Origin: Phoronis australis
Taxonomy: Eukaryota > Animalia > Phoronida
Assembly (NCBI GenBank): GCA_002633005.1
Contig: NMRA01000211.1
Coordinates: 443,325-507,324 of the forward strand
DNA length: 64,000 nt
Direction of reading: 5' to 3'
The notes under the pieces were generated by a model. The model had not been told where the DNA came from, made no database searches, and saw nothing but the letters and a program-made list of their open reading frames with translations. Made by a program: the position numbers and the translations under genes. This document shows positions 27,626-39,435 of the stretch, piece by piece; within the stretch, counting starts at the first letter, position 1, and each line of letters opens with the position of its first letter.

Positions 27626-28769
27626 ATTTTATCTTTTTTAGTATTATGTCCAAATGTTGGGAGGTATTAAAGTGAGGGAGAAAAGTTTTGGATGACTTGT
27701 CAAGTTTGTCCATGTCACTTTTGTTTGTGCATGTTACAGTTTTTGTTATAATACATGAGCTTGACGTTTATATAAGAACACATTTTATTAGGTGTCATTT
27801 AACTGCTTGCTTGGCTGACTGAAGACATTGCCGTGTAGGTTCAGGTGAATAGTTTCTTTGATCTACCTTTTAACACAGCCTATTCCCTGTTGGAAGTTGC
27901 AGGTTGTCAACCTGGGACCTTACAGTTGTCAACGCAGCACTCTGACCTTTAGGCAACTAAGTGACCATTAAGGGAAATTCCCTATACTTACAGCTTCCTG
28001 CTGCCTAAGGAAGATGCAAGCAAGTGTGGATTAGCTGCTTTCTTGGCTTACTGAAGAAATTTTGGGGCTTCAGATGAATATCTTCCTTGATTTTTCTTTT
28101 AGTCCGTCTTGTGTGACTGTGGAATATGCAGATATTTTGGTGGTGGACTGTGGGTTTTAGGCGATCAGGCGCACAGTGTTTGCCGCAGAGATATAAAACA
28201 ATGGAATCGTTGTTCCTGTGATTTTATGCCAAATCTTGCAATTCTCGCGGGTGTCTTCAGGCATTTTGTGTGTGTGTGTTTTACTTTGGAGGGTTGCCGT
28301 TCCTAATTACAAAGGATGAAACCATAGGGCTAATGTGGTTCTTCAGCGGAAAGATTCACCGCCTCTAACTCAACTGACTCGACCGCTGTGCTTCCATAAA
28401 AATCGACTGCAAAGATTCAAAGTACGATTCACAGTAAATGAAAAGGCTAAATTGTCAAAAAAAAAAACGCCTTTCGGCGGCAATCGGTTACCGGGTTGTC
28501 GGTAGATAAGCCCCTGAGCGTGCTTCCGAAAAATCCTCCGGGCGTTTTAGTAACTCCAACTAAACACCCATAGATAAGCCTACCATTTGAAACGCAAGGG
28601 CGTTTACTTGGAAAAGGGGAAGGCGTGTAAACGGAAAGTCAAAGTTTTGACTTTGCAAACGGCAACATGTACCGCGATACCATTTCTGTGAAAGAAACAG
28701 CCTTCTGGGTGGATTGGTAATCTTTAAAATGAATGTTGTGAATACGTTAATACATGTAAACTACGTTAA

Positions 28770-30718
28770 AGGAAAATGCCACCCGATTTAATTAGTCATT
28801 TTTACGGTCTTAATCGGTCCATATCCACATCACCTCTTATAGGGACAAGGATCCATCTTACCTCGCCGAGAGGTGTCGCGTTAACCTGTGAGAAAAATGA
28901 GAAACGACGCAGTGACGTCAGTGGTTCTTCTGAAAAGTGAGTGTATCGTTCCCGCTCGTGCAAGCTATGAAGCTGCGAGGAAAGCGGGTACATCTTTTTT
29001 TTTTGATTTCCTCGAGAGCCCATAATGCTTCGAAAGTGGCTCGCGGTATTGAAGAATGAAAAGTACGTCGTTAATATTAAGTTTGAGGCCGTGAAACTTC
29101 TCCGTGTCTGTCAGTGGCCTGCATTGCGTCGGACCAGTTGTTGATCAGTTTTTTGTCATGGAGAATTGTAGTTGGCCATGAAAACAAACAATTACAATTA
29201 ATTCAAGGCGTGAGAACATAACGTTTTATGTAACCTGTTTGATGATTGACTTGTTTTTGAGGCTTGTGTTTGGTCATCTGGGTCTAGGATGTTTTTGCCA
29301 GTTCTTTTTCTCAGCCCTAGAAAACTTGGTAAGCACATCTGTGTTTAAATGTGGTGCAAACTCAGGATGGTCCGTGAGACGCATATGTTCTTTGTTTCAC
29401 TTTCGGAATTTTGTGGCAGCAAACCCAAGCGTCATTCGTTTCCATTATCGTGCAGTTACCTCACTGACACCACGACAAGTCATTCAAACGGGTTTCGGAA
29501 CTAAGCATATGTTCCGTTGTCTGTGCACATTCACGGAGCCTCTCTATTATTTCTTGATCGGTGTATTCCGATTCGAAGAGATAGCCTGTGAAACCTAACG
29601 ACCGACCTGTGAAGTCTTCGCCGGATGAGCACTCGTCGAAGTCGGGATTGCGAGTTGCCACGTTGCGCGTTCTGTTTCAAAACGAATTATTCCTAACCTA
29701 ACCAGTGCTTATATAAAACTGAAACAAAGTCTGTTTCATTCGATACAATTTGTAATGCCTTTGGAGTATTCGTGAGTGCAAATGTTTTGAGAAGCCAGCA
29801 ATGAATAAACCACTGGCGTTACAGTCTTTAGATACCATGAACTAATTGACCAGTCACCGAGGCCGTGTGAGCGCATACTAAATTGGTGTTTGCTGACAAA
29901 AAGCTGTTGGGAAATAATAATTCGATTTTATATCTTATGATCAGATGTTCGGGGAATCTTTATTTAAATATTCATTTACATTATTGGAATCCTTGTTTAT
30001 TACTCTACATTTTTCCCTGATGGTTATGTGAAAGAGTAACCTGATTTCGCGACCCCCGACGAGCTATTAAGTAGATTTGCAGCTTCGCGGCTAATTCATC
30101 AAAATAATCACGTGCACAATTTTTCTTTGGCTCTCTTATATAGTCTTTTCCTGACTGGAAGTTTAGTTTCCAACTTTGGCTGGTTTATGTACGTCAGTGA
30201 TGTCTTGATTCCGGCCGCGATGGGCCTGATCCGTTTCCGAGCCTCTGGCCGGGATAGCAAGCGTTTTGTGTGTTTAGAATTGAAAGAAATTGCAAGTCTA
30301 AAATTACAACACACAGCTATGTTCCCCAGCCTGTATTTCACCGACGATTAACTTGAATTTATCACAAACCCTCATCTCTCGCGACCGACCTTGGTAAATT
30401 GGCTACGGTACGTTCAAATACCTAAAAATCCGTACCAGCGAAATAAAACAACACGTTTGTTCAATAACTCGGTGTATTTGTAAGGGTTTTACATCGAATT
30501 TTGGTGATTTATTGGTGTAAAACGATGAATTCAAACGATAAGCTGACACCAGCACGCGTGTTGTGAACTGCTGAACAGACTGCATTCGAACCTCTGGCGT
30601 CATTGGTTAATTGGTTCGCAGTCAGGTGTCGGGTAAAAAAGCTGTACTTGCTGTTGTCTAGTGGAACTACTCGATCTAAATAGATACAAACTAGGTTAAT
30701 TTTGGGTGGCATTCTCCT
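28770..30718 (-). mobile_element. Kolobok-type DNA transposon, defective, with a decayed KolX/P2X7-ballast-like frame
   Basis: TTAA on both sides (28766-28769, 30719-30722). TIR AGGAAAATGCCACCC versus revcomp AGGAGAATGCCACCC (14/15). Minus-strand remnant GYLFESEYT...LSWCQ*GNCTIMETNDAWVCC, then after a frameshift LTDHPEFAPHLNTDVL. Confidence 0.8.
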
Positions 30719-31271
30719 TTAAGATGAAAGGCTAAACATCATTAAGCTTGGAAAACGAGTGACAGTTCATTCCACCGTCCTGTTGTCACAAAACGATGCA
30801 GGAAGTGGCCTTCAACATGAAAGCCGGTTGCACGATTGCACAAAAAGCAGCAAAATGAAGGTAATCAATTTCAACATTAGGCCCTCTCTCCTTGTGCGGC
30901 CCCTTTAAAATTTGTCAATAAAAACACAAAAAGGGTGGTCAATTGAATATCATCAATGCCCTCCTTCAAGGTCGGGGCCCCTAAATATGAAAATATCTTC
31001 ACTTTTTCTAAAATAATGAAATGCGCAGCAATTGACGTTATCTGTCAAGCGGAGACCCTAACAATGTCCTGACCAGGGTCCTCAAAAGGTATACCATGCA
31101 CTGTTGTTAAATGTTCTTTTAGAATTTTCTCTCTTATCCGTATTTCGAAGTCTTTCTTTTCTCTATTGTCCCCAGCCCCACACCTAAGTCGGTTGCCAAG
31201 GTTTAACCCTGGCGCCTGAAAAATTTTGGGGGCCGTGCACCCCCGCCCCTCCCCCGCTTCCTACGGCCCTG
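30719..31271 (+). repeat. Segment duplicated at 60569-61336 (that copy has an internal insertion)
   Basis: TTAAGATGAAAG(G/A)CTAAACATCATTAAGCTTGGAAAA...GCTTCCTAC(GGC/AGT)CCTGAA is shared between the two copies. Confidence 0.85.
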
Positions 31272-32873
31272 AACTAGATATTCAGTTCTTAATTAACCGA
31301 GGAAACAGTTTCGTTTATGTATAGATTATTGCATGGCGAAGTCGTTATCTTCCGTTATCTAGAGCCCGAGTGGATTTTGGAGAATAATCGCCCGAGGGGC
31401 GTTAGCCCCGAGGGTGACGGAGAATTTGGTAGTCAGACAGTTATCTGAGCTCTTGCAGAAGGGTCCAAGGCAGTGAGAATTCTCAACATACTTCTTTTAT
31501 GAGACCGCTATACTGTCAAATTGCCACCGTTTGGGTGAAATAATCAATTTAGGGACCATAGTTGAGTCCCTAACAGTTTCATGCAACTTGGCAACGGTCT
31601 CCGGACTTCAGTGTCACAAGACATGTCTGTTGATGAAGCACTTGGGGTGAACAAAGCAATAATAGAAGTTCGGAAAGTTCTAAATGTTGCCAATTTGTTA
31701 GCGTTCACGAGGTTATATTCATTAACATACTACTTTTGAAAAGCAATTGGTGTACTATGCATATTCAACGATGGTGCTTATTTGAGTTGGAAACAAACGT
31801 CACGGTGGCCACCTTCCCACTCTCATTCAGACTTCCGGTAGTTACACGTCGGTCGCCTTGCCTAAAAGCAGAGATGTGTCAAAGGCGAAACAAAATGAAA
31901 TTGTCGGCCACCTTTGACTAATTACTAGTGTAGCCACTAGGAGAATCTCTGTCGTGTGTAAGTTTAACATTTTTAAGTGCATCCCAGTTAGACCTATGAA
32001 AGATTTGGAAACGTCTTATCAAATTCACTAGCCACATTATCAGTTCGGTTATACATTTCTGGTTACAAATTTAATGACACAAATTGGCATTTTAATGCGT
32101 ACAAAATAACTTACTTTGTGACGTTAAAACTTCTGGAAACATCGTTTACAGCTTCATTCCTTTACGGAACCGAATTTATTCGTTTTTAGATATTTCCGTG
32201 TTCAATTTGTAGAATAAACCAAAGTTAAACGTCAAATATCATGGGAATGTGCGACTTCAAACATGGAAACTTTTCACGTTGATGAAATTCATTAATTTGT
32301 GATTTCAAAAACATCCAAACCAACTTTCCCCCAGAATTATCGAAAAATGGTGTTATAGGCTTCCTGCTTCGGCCCGACTCACTTCCAAGTACAGAAGTAC
32401 CCTGAAGTTTGTTTAGTAGTATCTCAAAGACTGACCGTGTCAGAATAAATTTGGAGGTCAATCAATATCATTCCAACGCAATTGCAACAGTCTTATTGAT
32501 AACAATAAACAAATACCAAAAACAAGTTTCAGCCGAGAACGAGAAACTCGCCTAAAAGGAAGATCCCGCGGGATCATGGTCAATCGGATTTACGCTAGTG
32601 AGAGGCAAAAATTTCAAAAGTATGCTCGGGTTCTCATTAGAGTACTAGTACCAAAATGGCGGATGCTGAAGTGATACACAAGTCCACAGTTCACGTGCGT
32701 TTTCCGAGCAACTGGATGAGGGAGTAAGGTTTTTAAGTGCAAAATTTTTCAGTAAGTTGAGCCAATCCCAACGTATTCAGGATTGCTACAAACCCATTTT
32801 TTCTTACCGTTGACAACTACGTATGTTATCGGTAAATACAGTAGTCGGAAGTCTCTCTCGGGGAAAAAATTAC

Positions 32874-33530
32874 ATGCGCTAACTGCGAAGCGATACCGAA
32901 GCTAGTTTACAGTGAAACAACACGTGTAGATGAGATAAAAGGTCATATATATTATGACAAATTAAACTACTACAGATATCGGTAATTACAAAAGCCATAT
33001 AATATGTTGAACTGTATACATAAGTGGTGAATAGAAAGTTAAGTAATAATATGGGAAGCATAACAGCAACACTGGGACAGCCACTTGGGAAATATTAGCA
33101 TAAACAGGGAAGTAAGGAAAATTGGTTTGAGGGAGGGAGGGAAAGAGAATTTGAGTGAAAACTGAAATTTGGAGAGAATTGTGGACGATGGCCCAGTGTT
33201 GCGACGAGACAAAGAGATCACGTGGTACAATTTTTAATACTTAAATAATATTCACATGCGCTAACTGCGAAGCGATACCGAAGCTAGTTTACAGTGAAAC
33301 GACACGTGTAGGTGAGATAAAAGGTCATATATATTATGACAAACTAAACTCTACAGATATCGATAAATACAAAAGTTATATAAAATGTTGAGCTGTAAAG
33401 GGGGTGACAATCTGTCACAGATGCAGCAGAAGGATGCCTACGAGAAAATGACTGAAAACTCGAAAATTGGAGAGGATTATGGACGATGGCCCGGTGTTGT
33501 GACAAGACAAAGAGATCACGTGGTACAATT
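32874..33530 (+). repeat. Two tandem partial copies of a dispersed repeat also found at 63175 onward
   Basis: ATGCGCTAACTGCGAAGCGATACCGAAGCTAGTTTACAGTGA occurs at about 32875, 33257 and 63176. Confidence 0.85.
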
Positions 33531-33767
33531 AAACCAATAGTCGTAGAACAAAAGGGGTCACTGACCCGAGAATCCAAACCATATGATAATGAGGACGAAG
33601 CTTTATAGCTTACATAAAATAATAATACTTAAATAATATCTATCGCTAGTTAGTCTTCGATACAAAGAAAAACAAGTTCTTACTACTATTGCAAAGGGAA
33701 AATAAATTTATTGCAGCGACCAGTGTTACTTGAACACCCATCCCACTGGGCTTATTCGTTACTTTAA

Positions 33768-34282
33768 AGAGACCTGGAACGCGACAAAAAGACTAAATTG
33801 CATTACTGAATGTGGTTCTCTTGCCACTGAAACAGAATTCAATCTGCTGAGTAGGTAATTATAGGGTTTCTTCGTAAAGATTTTATTTTAAATTTCTGTT
33901 CATGTCAAAGCATTTTCTTTTAGTATCAAATTTCAAATAAACGATCTGTCAACTGCTCGCCACAACTTTGTCGATTTTTCTTCCACAAGGCAAAGCACGT
34001 CTCCTTATTTGGTATGGCACATTTCTCCTATATGGAAAATGTGACCGTTGACCTCAAGCGACTTCAGGCAACTGACTATAAGCGCGTTTGCTCGTTTATC
34101 TGAGGTAACTAAGGAGCTTTTCCTTCGCGCATATTTCAAAAATCGGTAATATTTGTGACTTTTTTCTTGAAATCTCCCCACAAGGGAAAGTTAATTACTC
34201 TTTACTATATTTAAGGAGGTGGTATTTTAGTCAGGATTTGTTTGAAAGATATTTTTGACAAGCTTTCGTATTCCATGCCTCT
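33768..34282. mobile_element. Non-autonomous Kolobok-like element
   Basis: TTAA flanks. Ends AGAGACCTGGAA and revcomp AGAGGCATGGAA. Confidence 0.65.
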
Positions 34283-37254
34283 TTAAAGAAAATACAGGAA
34301 CAGCAATGTACAAACAATTTGATATGAAGCTCAAAACTACTCAAGAAATTAAATGAACAGAAAATTTGGTCGTCTATTAGAAGCTCCTTCTAAATGTCGA
34401 ACCACATCATTACAGAAATAATTACATAGAATAGCAAGTTTGTCTTCAGAACTTAACGGGAGAATAAATGTGATTTTATCAAACAACAAAATTCCTCAAT
34501 CTTTATTAAAAGATCATTGGCAAAGAAAGGGAATTTTATCCTCAACAGCGTGCAAATTACAAACTAAACACAATCTGTTACAGAGATCAGTGTTAAAAAA
34601 CCTACCAGTTTCATTATGAAGTGGGAGAATTCCAAAACGAAGTTGTGATAAATGTGATCCTGGTCAAACTAGAACGTAAGTAGTTTTCATTAAAAGTCCT
34701 TTTTAAAAATTTGTAGGTTCTAAATTTAAAGTGAATGGTCAAGAGTATTTTTAATATCATCAACCACAGTCTTAATAAGATTTGCTTGTAAAACAGTGAT
34801 ATCGCATTTAATTTTGGATTCAAATATATGTTAACTGACAAGAGTTGAAAATTGTTTTTATTTCTTAGGATCAATTTGAATTGTTTTGGTTAGAGTCCCA
34901 TTCAAAAAAAGTTTTCTGGTAAGTCTTCCACAATTAAAGATCAATATTCTCTTCCACACACGAACCATACTAATGTGACGATTATATCTCGGGGGAGTCC
35001 AACCCATGTCATCTCTCATAGCAGCAATAGGAGCTGAGCGTTACAACAACGAAATTCTTGAAAAGTCCAGACTCCAGAGCAATATTCTATAATGGGTAGT
35101 ATACAGGCGGAATAGAGATGATTAAAAGCTTTATAGCCAATAACTCTCAACGACCTCTCTGGCATCGAAGTTAAGGTTTATGGGTTAAAAATTAACTTCA
35201 TGGATAATCCGAAAGTTTCTGTGTCCGAAAAATCTCACAGTATACATGTATTGATGGCATGAAAGTATTATCAAGAGCTGATTTCGCCTCAAACTCATCC
35301 TTTTAACATCAATATTTTTTGTTACGGAACGCATTGTAAAGATTTGCTTGTTCATTCTACCTAAAGTTCTCTGCCACGCCAGTGGGCATGCGCTAACGCA
35401 TGCGCAGTGTGGAATTGATGGGATAGAATTCTATATTTCTATTCTATAAACGTCTGTAAAGAGTTTTGTTTGCAAATACATCGCGAGCGTCTAATTACAC
35501 AGTCCAGGCCATCTGACTTGAAACATCATGATTATTCACCTGATGCTCTGTTCACCCTGTAAAGCATACAATGCAAAATACTTTAGTGTTTCCAAGAGTG
35601 ATAGGCAATCATACGCACAAGCCCTCGAAGACTCCACACAATTACCCAAACGACCATTGTTGCAGCATCTGAACCACATGAAATTCACAGATGGCAAAAT
35701 CTTTCTCACGAACATATACCCGTCACGGGATCCTTGATTACTGAGTTGTACTTGTGAAAAGCAGTTCAGAAGATTAGTCAGTGAACACCCGCATGAATTT
35801 ACGATTCAGTCGTGAGCACACTAAGTTGTTCCTAAAATTGGCTAAATATGGTTCTTCTTATTGTTCATTTGCATTATGTTTCGTCAGGAACTTGCGGTTC
35901 GTATTTACCGGGAAAAGTTCATTTTAAGGAAGTGATTCGCGCCTAAAACGAGCCCCTAGGGTGACTTGAAGAACAAAATGATGAGGTTCTTTCTGCAATT
36001 TTTTTAATTCAATATAATAGGTACGGTACAGATCATACAATTACAGATGCAATAACTTTTTTGTTCTAGTCAAGGAACAGTTAAGGTGTTAACTTACACT
36101 GTAAGTTCTTTCTGCAACTTTGTATTGCTGCCCGAAACGCCTTCATTCAGCCGTGGGCTTTTAGAGTTATTCGAAAGAGTAAGATTTTGTTTTTTTTTCA
36201 TGAATATTCCTAATGTAAGACAAGTCTGGCGACGTTTTTGTTAACAAGATACAACCTTGAGGGTATTTTTAAAGATTGCAAATTCAGAAAAAATTTTGTC
36301 TTCTTGCCCGCCCCGTACTTCAGTTGACACTTAAAAGTAATCCGAAAAGACTGCTTCTTGACTGTTTAATGAACACTCAAGGAGAAATGCAAGTGCAATC
36401 ACGTGCTTTGCGCATGATGATATCTTGCGTTTTCCCCGAGCTTCTGTTTACACACGACGCAGCGGATTATTCCTGAGCGAACCCCATGCGGTCTCTGCTC
36501 TTAGTAGTGGGTCTTTCAAAAATCCCCGGAATGATTCACTATTCGGTACAATGATTCAGCTGGCCGTGCAGATGATTTTTTACTCGTCTCTATGACAGTG
36601 AGATACTTTTGACTTGCAATTTTCATATTATGCGGTACCAGTCTCTGCCCCCACGAGAGCGTTTTCAATTTGAAAACTGCAAAATTTTCTTTTCGTTTTC
36701 AACAACTTTTTGGTCCACGTATCGTCTTGGTGTCGTATTTCTCATCACAAATACGTTAATACGACCAAAAACTCAAGTTATTTTTGGAGCATCTTTGATT
36801 GTCTTTTACGGTGAATGCGTGTGCACAGAAGGCGCATCCCTAAAAAAATTGATTTTACAAATGTAACACAGTCGTGTGGATGCGACTTCAATTTGTAGGC
36901 ACCAAAGTAAGAAGGTTACATGAACTACCACACAAGGGTCACCAAAAGCAATGTAATTTCAATTCATAAACTGGTGCCATAAACCTCGACAAAACATCTA
37001 CCCGGTATTCTAATTTTCATTGTTAAGTAGCGGAAATAGCAGCAAGTGAAACAGCCACCTTAATCTTATTCTGCTGCTGCTAACATAGGCCTACATTCAC
37101 ACGAGATACATTCATGTAAGTGCTTTGGTCAATGATAGCTAGGTATATATGTATAGTGAATAGTGACATGTTACTCTAATATCTAACTACATTGCTTCTT
37201 CGCGCTTCGACCTAATTAGTGACGTTGGCCAAATGGGAGAAAGTTACGCACATA

Positions 37255-38495
37255 AATAGGCCTTTTGCGAGTTTATAACAATAACGCGAGATTATGTGAG
37301 ACTTAACTGTGACGTCACGGGAAGTAGGGCAAAAGCTTGTCGTTTGGTCACTTGCCCAATACGGTAGCAGAGTGTATTCTGTTACTGTCTTCGAGTATTT
37401 AGCCGTTTAGTTCGAAAAATGTCCAAAAAGCATTGCTGTTATGGCAAATGAACTTCAGATTCGCACTACAATACTTTCTATCGCGTTCTGTACTAATTTC
37501 GTCCCGTGTATTTTACGAAATCCGCTCACTGATCAAGTTTTCACCTCGTCAAAAATACATTCTACACATAAAATTACCACCTAAAAGGCCCTCACTTTCT
37601 TCAGTGACTCTTTTTGCTTCTAAACATATCTTCGATGAAGCATATATACGGGAATTCAGGTGACTTTTGTGAAGAATTCTAACTCCACTTTGTGGTTACT
37701 GTTAACTTTGTCCGCGCGCGCGATAACCACAATAAAATATTCAACTGAGTCAGGTGAGTATGAGGCAAAGGCTAGCGCGAGACTGAGCGAAGCGCGAGAT
37801 CTGGCGCGTGACCCGGCGCGTGACACTTCATTGCAAAACAGCATGAGAAAATATCACGTGAAATTTGTAAGATTTGTGTCCCTTGGACTTTTTGTTCGTC
37901 AACAGGCGTGATTTCACGTAACTTCCTCAAAATGGCGGCTAGTGAGAGAAACTCGAGAGAACCGCGAGGTTTTCATGAATATGCTCAAGTTATTTGTAGA
38001 CTAAATTGTGTCCAGAGTCAGGGTATGTGTTAATTATAACTTCATGTGCACATATGCACGTTTCATTTGATTTTATTTGCTGTATTTTGAAGTGAATATC
38101 TTTTTATGGGGATACACTATCGCCCCTGTATGCCTGCGCCATTCAGGCTCAGAGCGGGTTAAGTTCCAATTTCAGTCCGTTCACAGCTTCGCACAACATA
38201 ACAAGTTCACATTTTCTTCGTCCATTCACAGTTATTCCACGACCCATCTACCATATCTTAAGTTGTTTTAACGTTTTAAGCGTAAAATTCACCATAAGAA
38301 CTCCAGTAAGTTTTAGCGTGTGTAGCTAAGACTCGGGGCAAAACAAAAGCAATATGGCGGGTTTTGCCCCCTTTCCGGTGACGTCACAGTGACTAACGAG
38401 AAACTTGCAAGTCAGTGAGCTATTACACGGGTAAGTTAAATCTTATTAGAGGCGCGCGCCCTCTAGTTAATGTAAATTTTTCGAATAGCCCCATT
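37255..38495. mobile_element. Non-autonomous TIR element with CpG-rich interior, boundaries approximate
   Basis: Subterminal inverted repeat ACTGTGACGTCACGGGAAGTAGGGCAAAA (about 37306-37334) versus revcomp of GTTTTGCCCCCTTTCCGGTGACGTCACAGT (about 38361-38390). Confidence 0.5.
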
Positions 38496-38515
38496 GTTTG
38501 TATCCTTTGTCAAAT

Positions 38516-38673
38516 GAGTGAACGGTACGCACGTAAATTACGTGAGTAAATTAATTCTTGTTAGGGGCGTAAAGTAATTATTTGCTGCGTTAAAGGTTAC
38601 TTTACGCCGCAAATAATTATTTACGACACTAAAAAGAGTTAACTTGCCTAACTTACGTGCGTAACCTTCACTC
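38516..38673. repeat. Imperfect foldback of about 160 bp (MITE-like hairpin)
   Basis: The left arm GAGTGAACGGTACGCACGTAAATTA...TAATTATTTGCTGCGT pairs with the right arm ACGCCGCAAATAATTA...TTACGTGCGTAACCTTCACTC. Confidence 0.75.
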
Positions 38674-39210
38674 CGATTAGAATTGAATTCTGGAGTTTGT
38701 TTCATGAAAAGTGACTTACGACGGAAGTCAAAAATTTGGTCTCAGGGTCTAAGTTATTATTTCAGAAAAATAGTTAAATTTCACATGAACAAACTAGTTG
38801 ATACTACATAAATTATTACTGCTTACTGAAGTAATTTCTGTAAATTAGTTCTAGACTGTGGTGAGATCATATCTACTTGACATAATGTTTTTTTAGGCAA
38901 TTGAACTGAGAGCGTAAGACCAAATTTCTGTCTTAAGCTTCAAATGGTCATGTGTCAGTTCCACGAAACAGAACCCTGTGCTCGGGAAGAATTCACAGTT
39001 CGTTGTTGTTTTAGCCCTGTTCTACAATTCGGTTCGAGTTTATATTAAAAGATCATTGTACGCCTAAGCATGGAGTTTAAGAAATAACGAGTTATCACTT
39101 CCAAACCCAGAAGTCAATTCTAATATGACCCAGGAACAAGTTGACAGCAATTCTGTAACGGTAAGTGGCTTAAACCGAAAGTTCGTTACAATGACAAAAC
39201 ATTACTTTAC

Positions 39211-39435
39211 CGTTTATTGTAACTTCGCATAGCGTGAGTATCTCCGATTCTCCTGGAATTTGAATAACCAAGTATCGTCCGTGGACTGGAGACGGGTCAC
39301 AGGGAATGGTCAATGTCGCTCCTTGGGGAAAATTCCCTCTGTAGACTTTACAAAGCTCGTAATCCCCTGAGTTTCTTGTACTTGGAGTCCCAGTCGCGTT
39401 GCTTGTCTTGATCTCAAAATCATGCAATCGTTCAC
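39211..39435 (-). CDS. Lectin gene exon C: C-terminal half of the F-type lectin domain (could read through to a stop at 39170)
   Basis: ttcag|GT, ERLHDFEI...C...C...GRYLVIQIPG..EILTLCEV, possible donor G|gtaaag. Confidence 0.9.
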
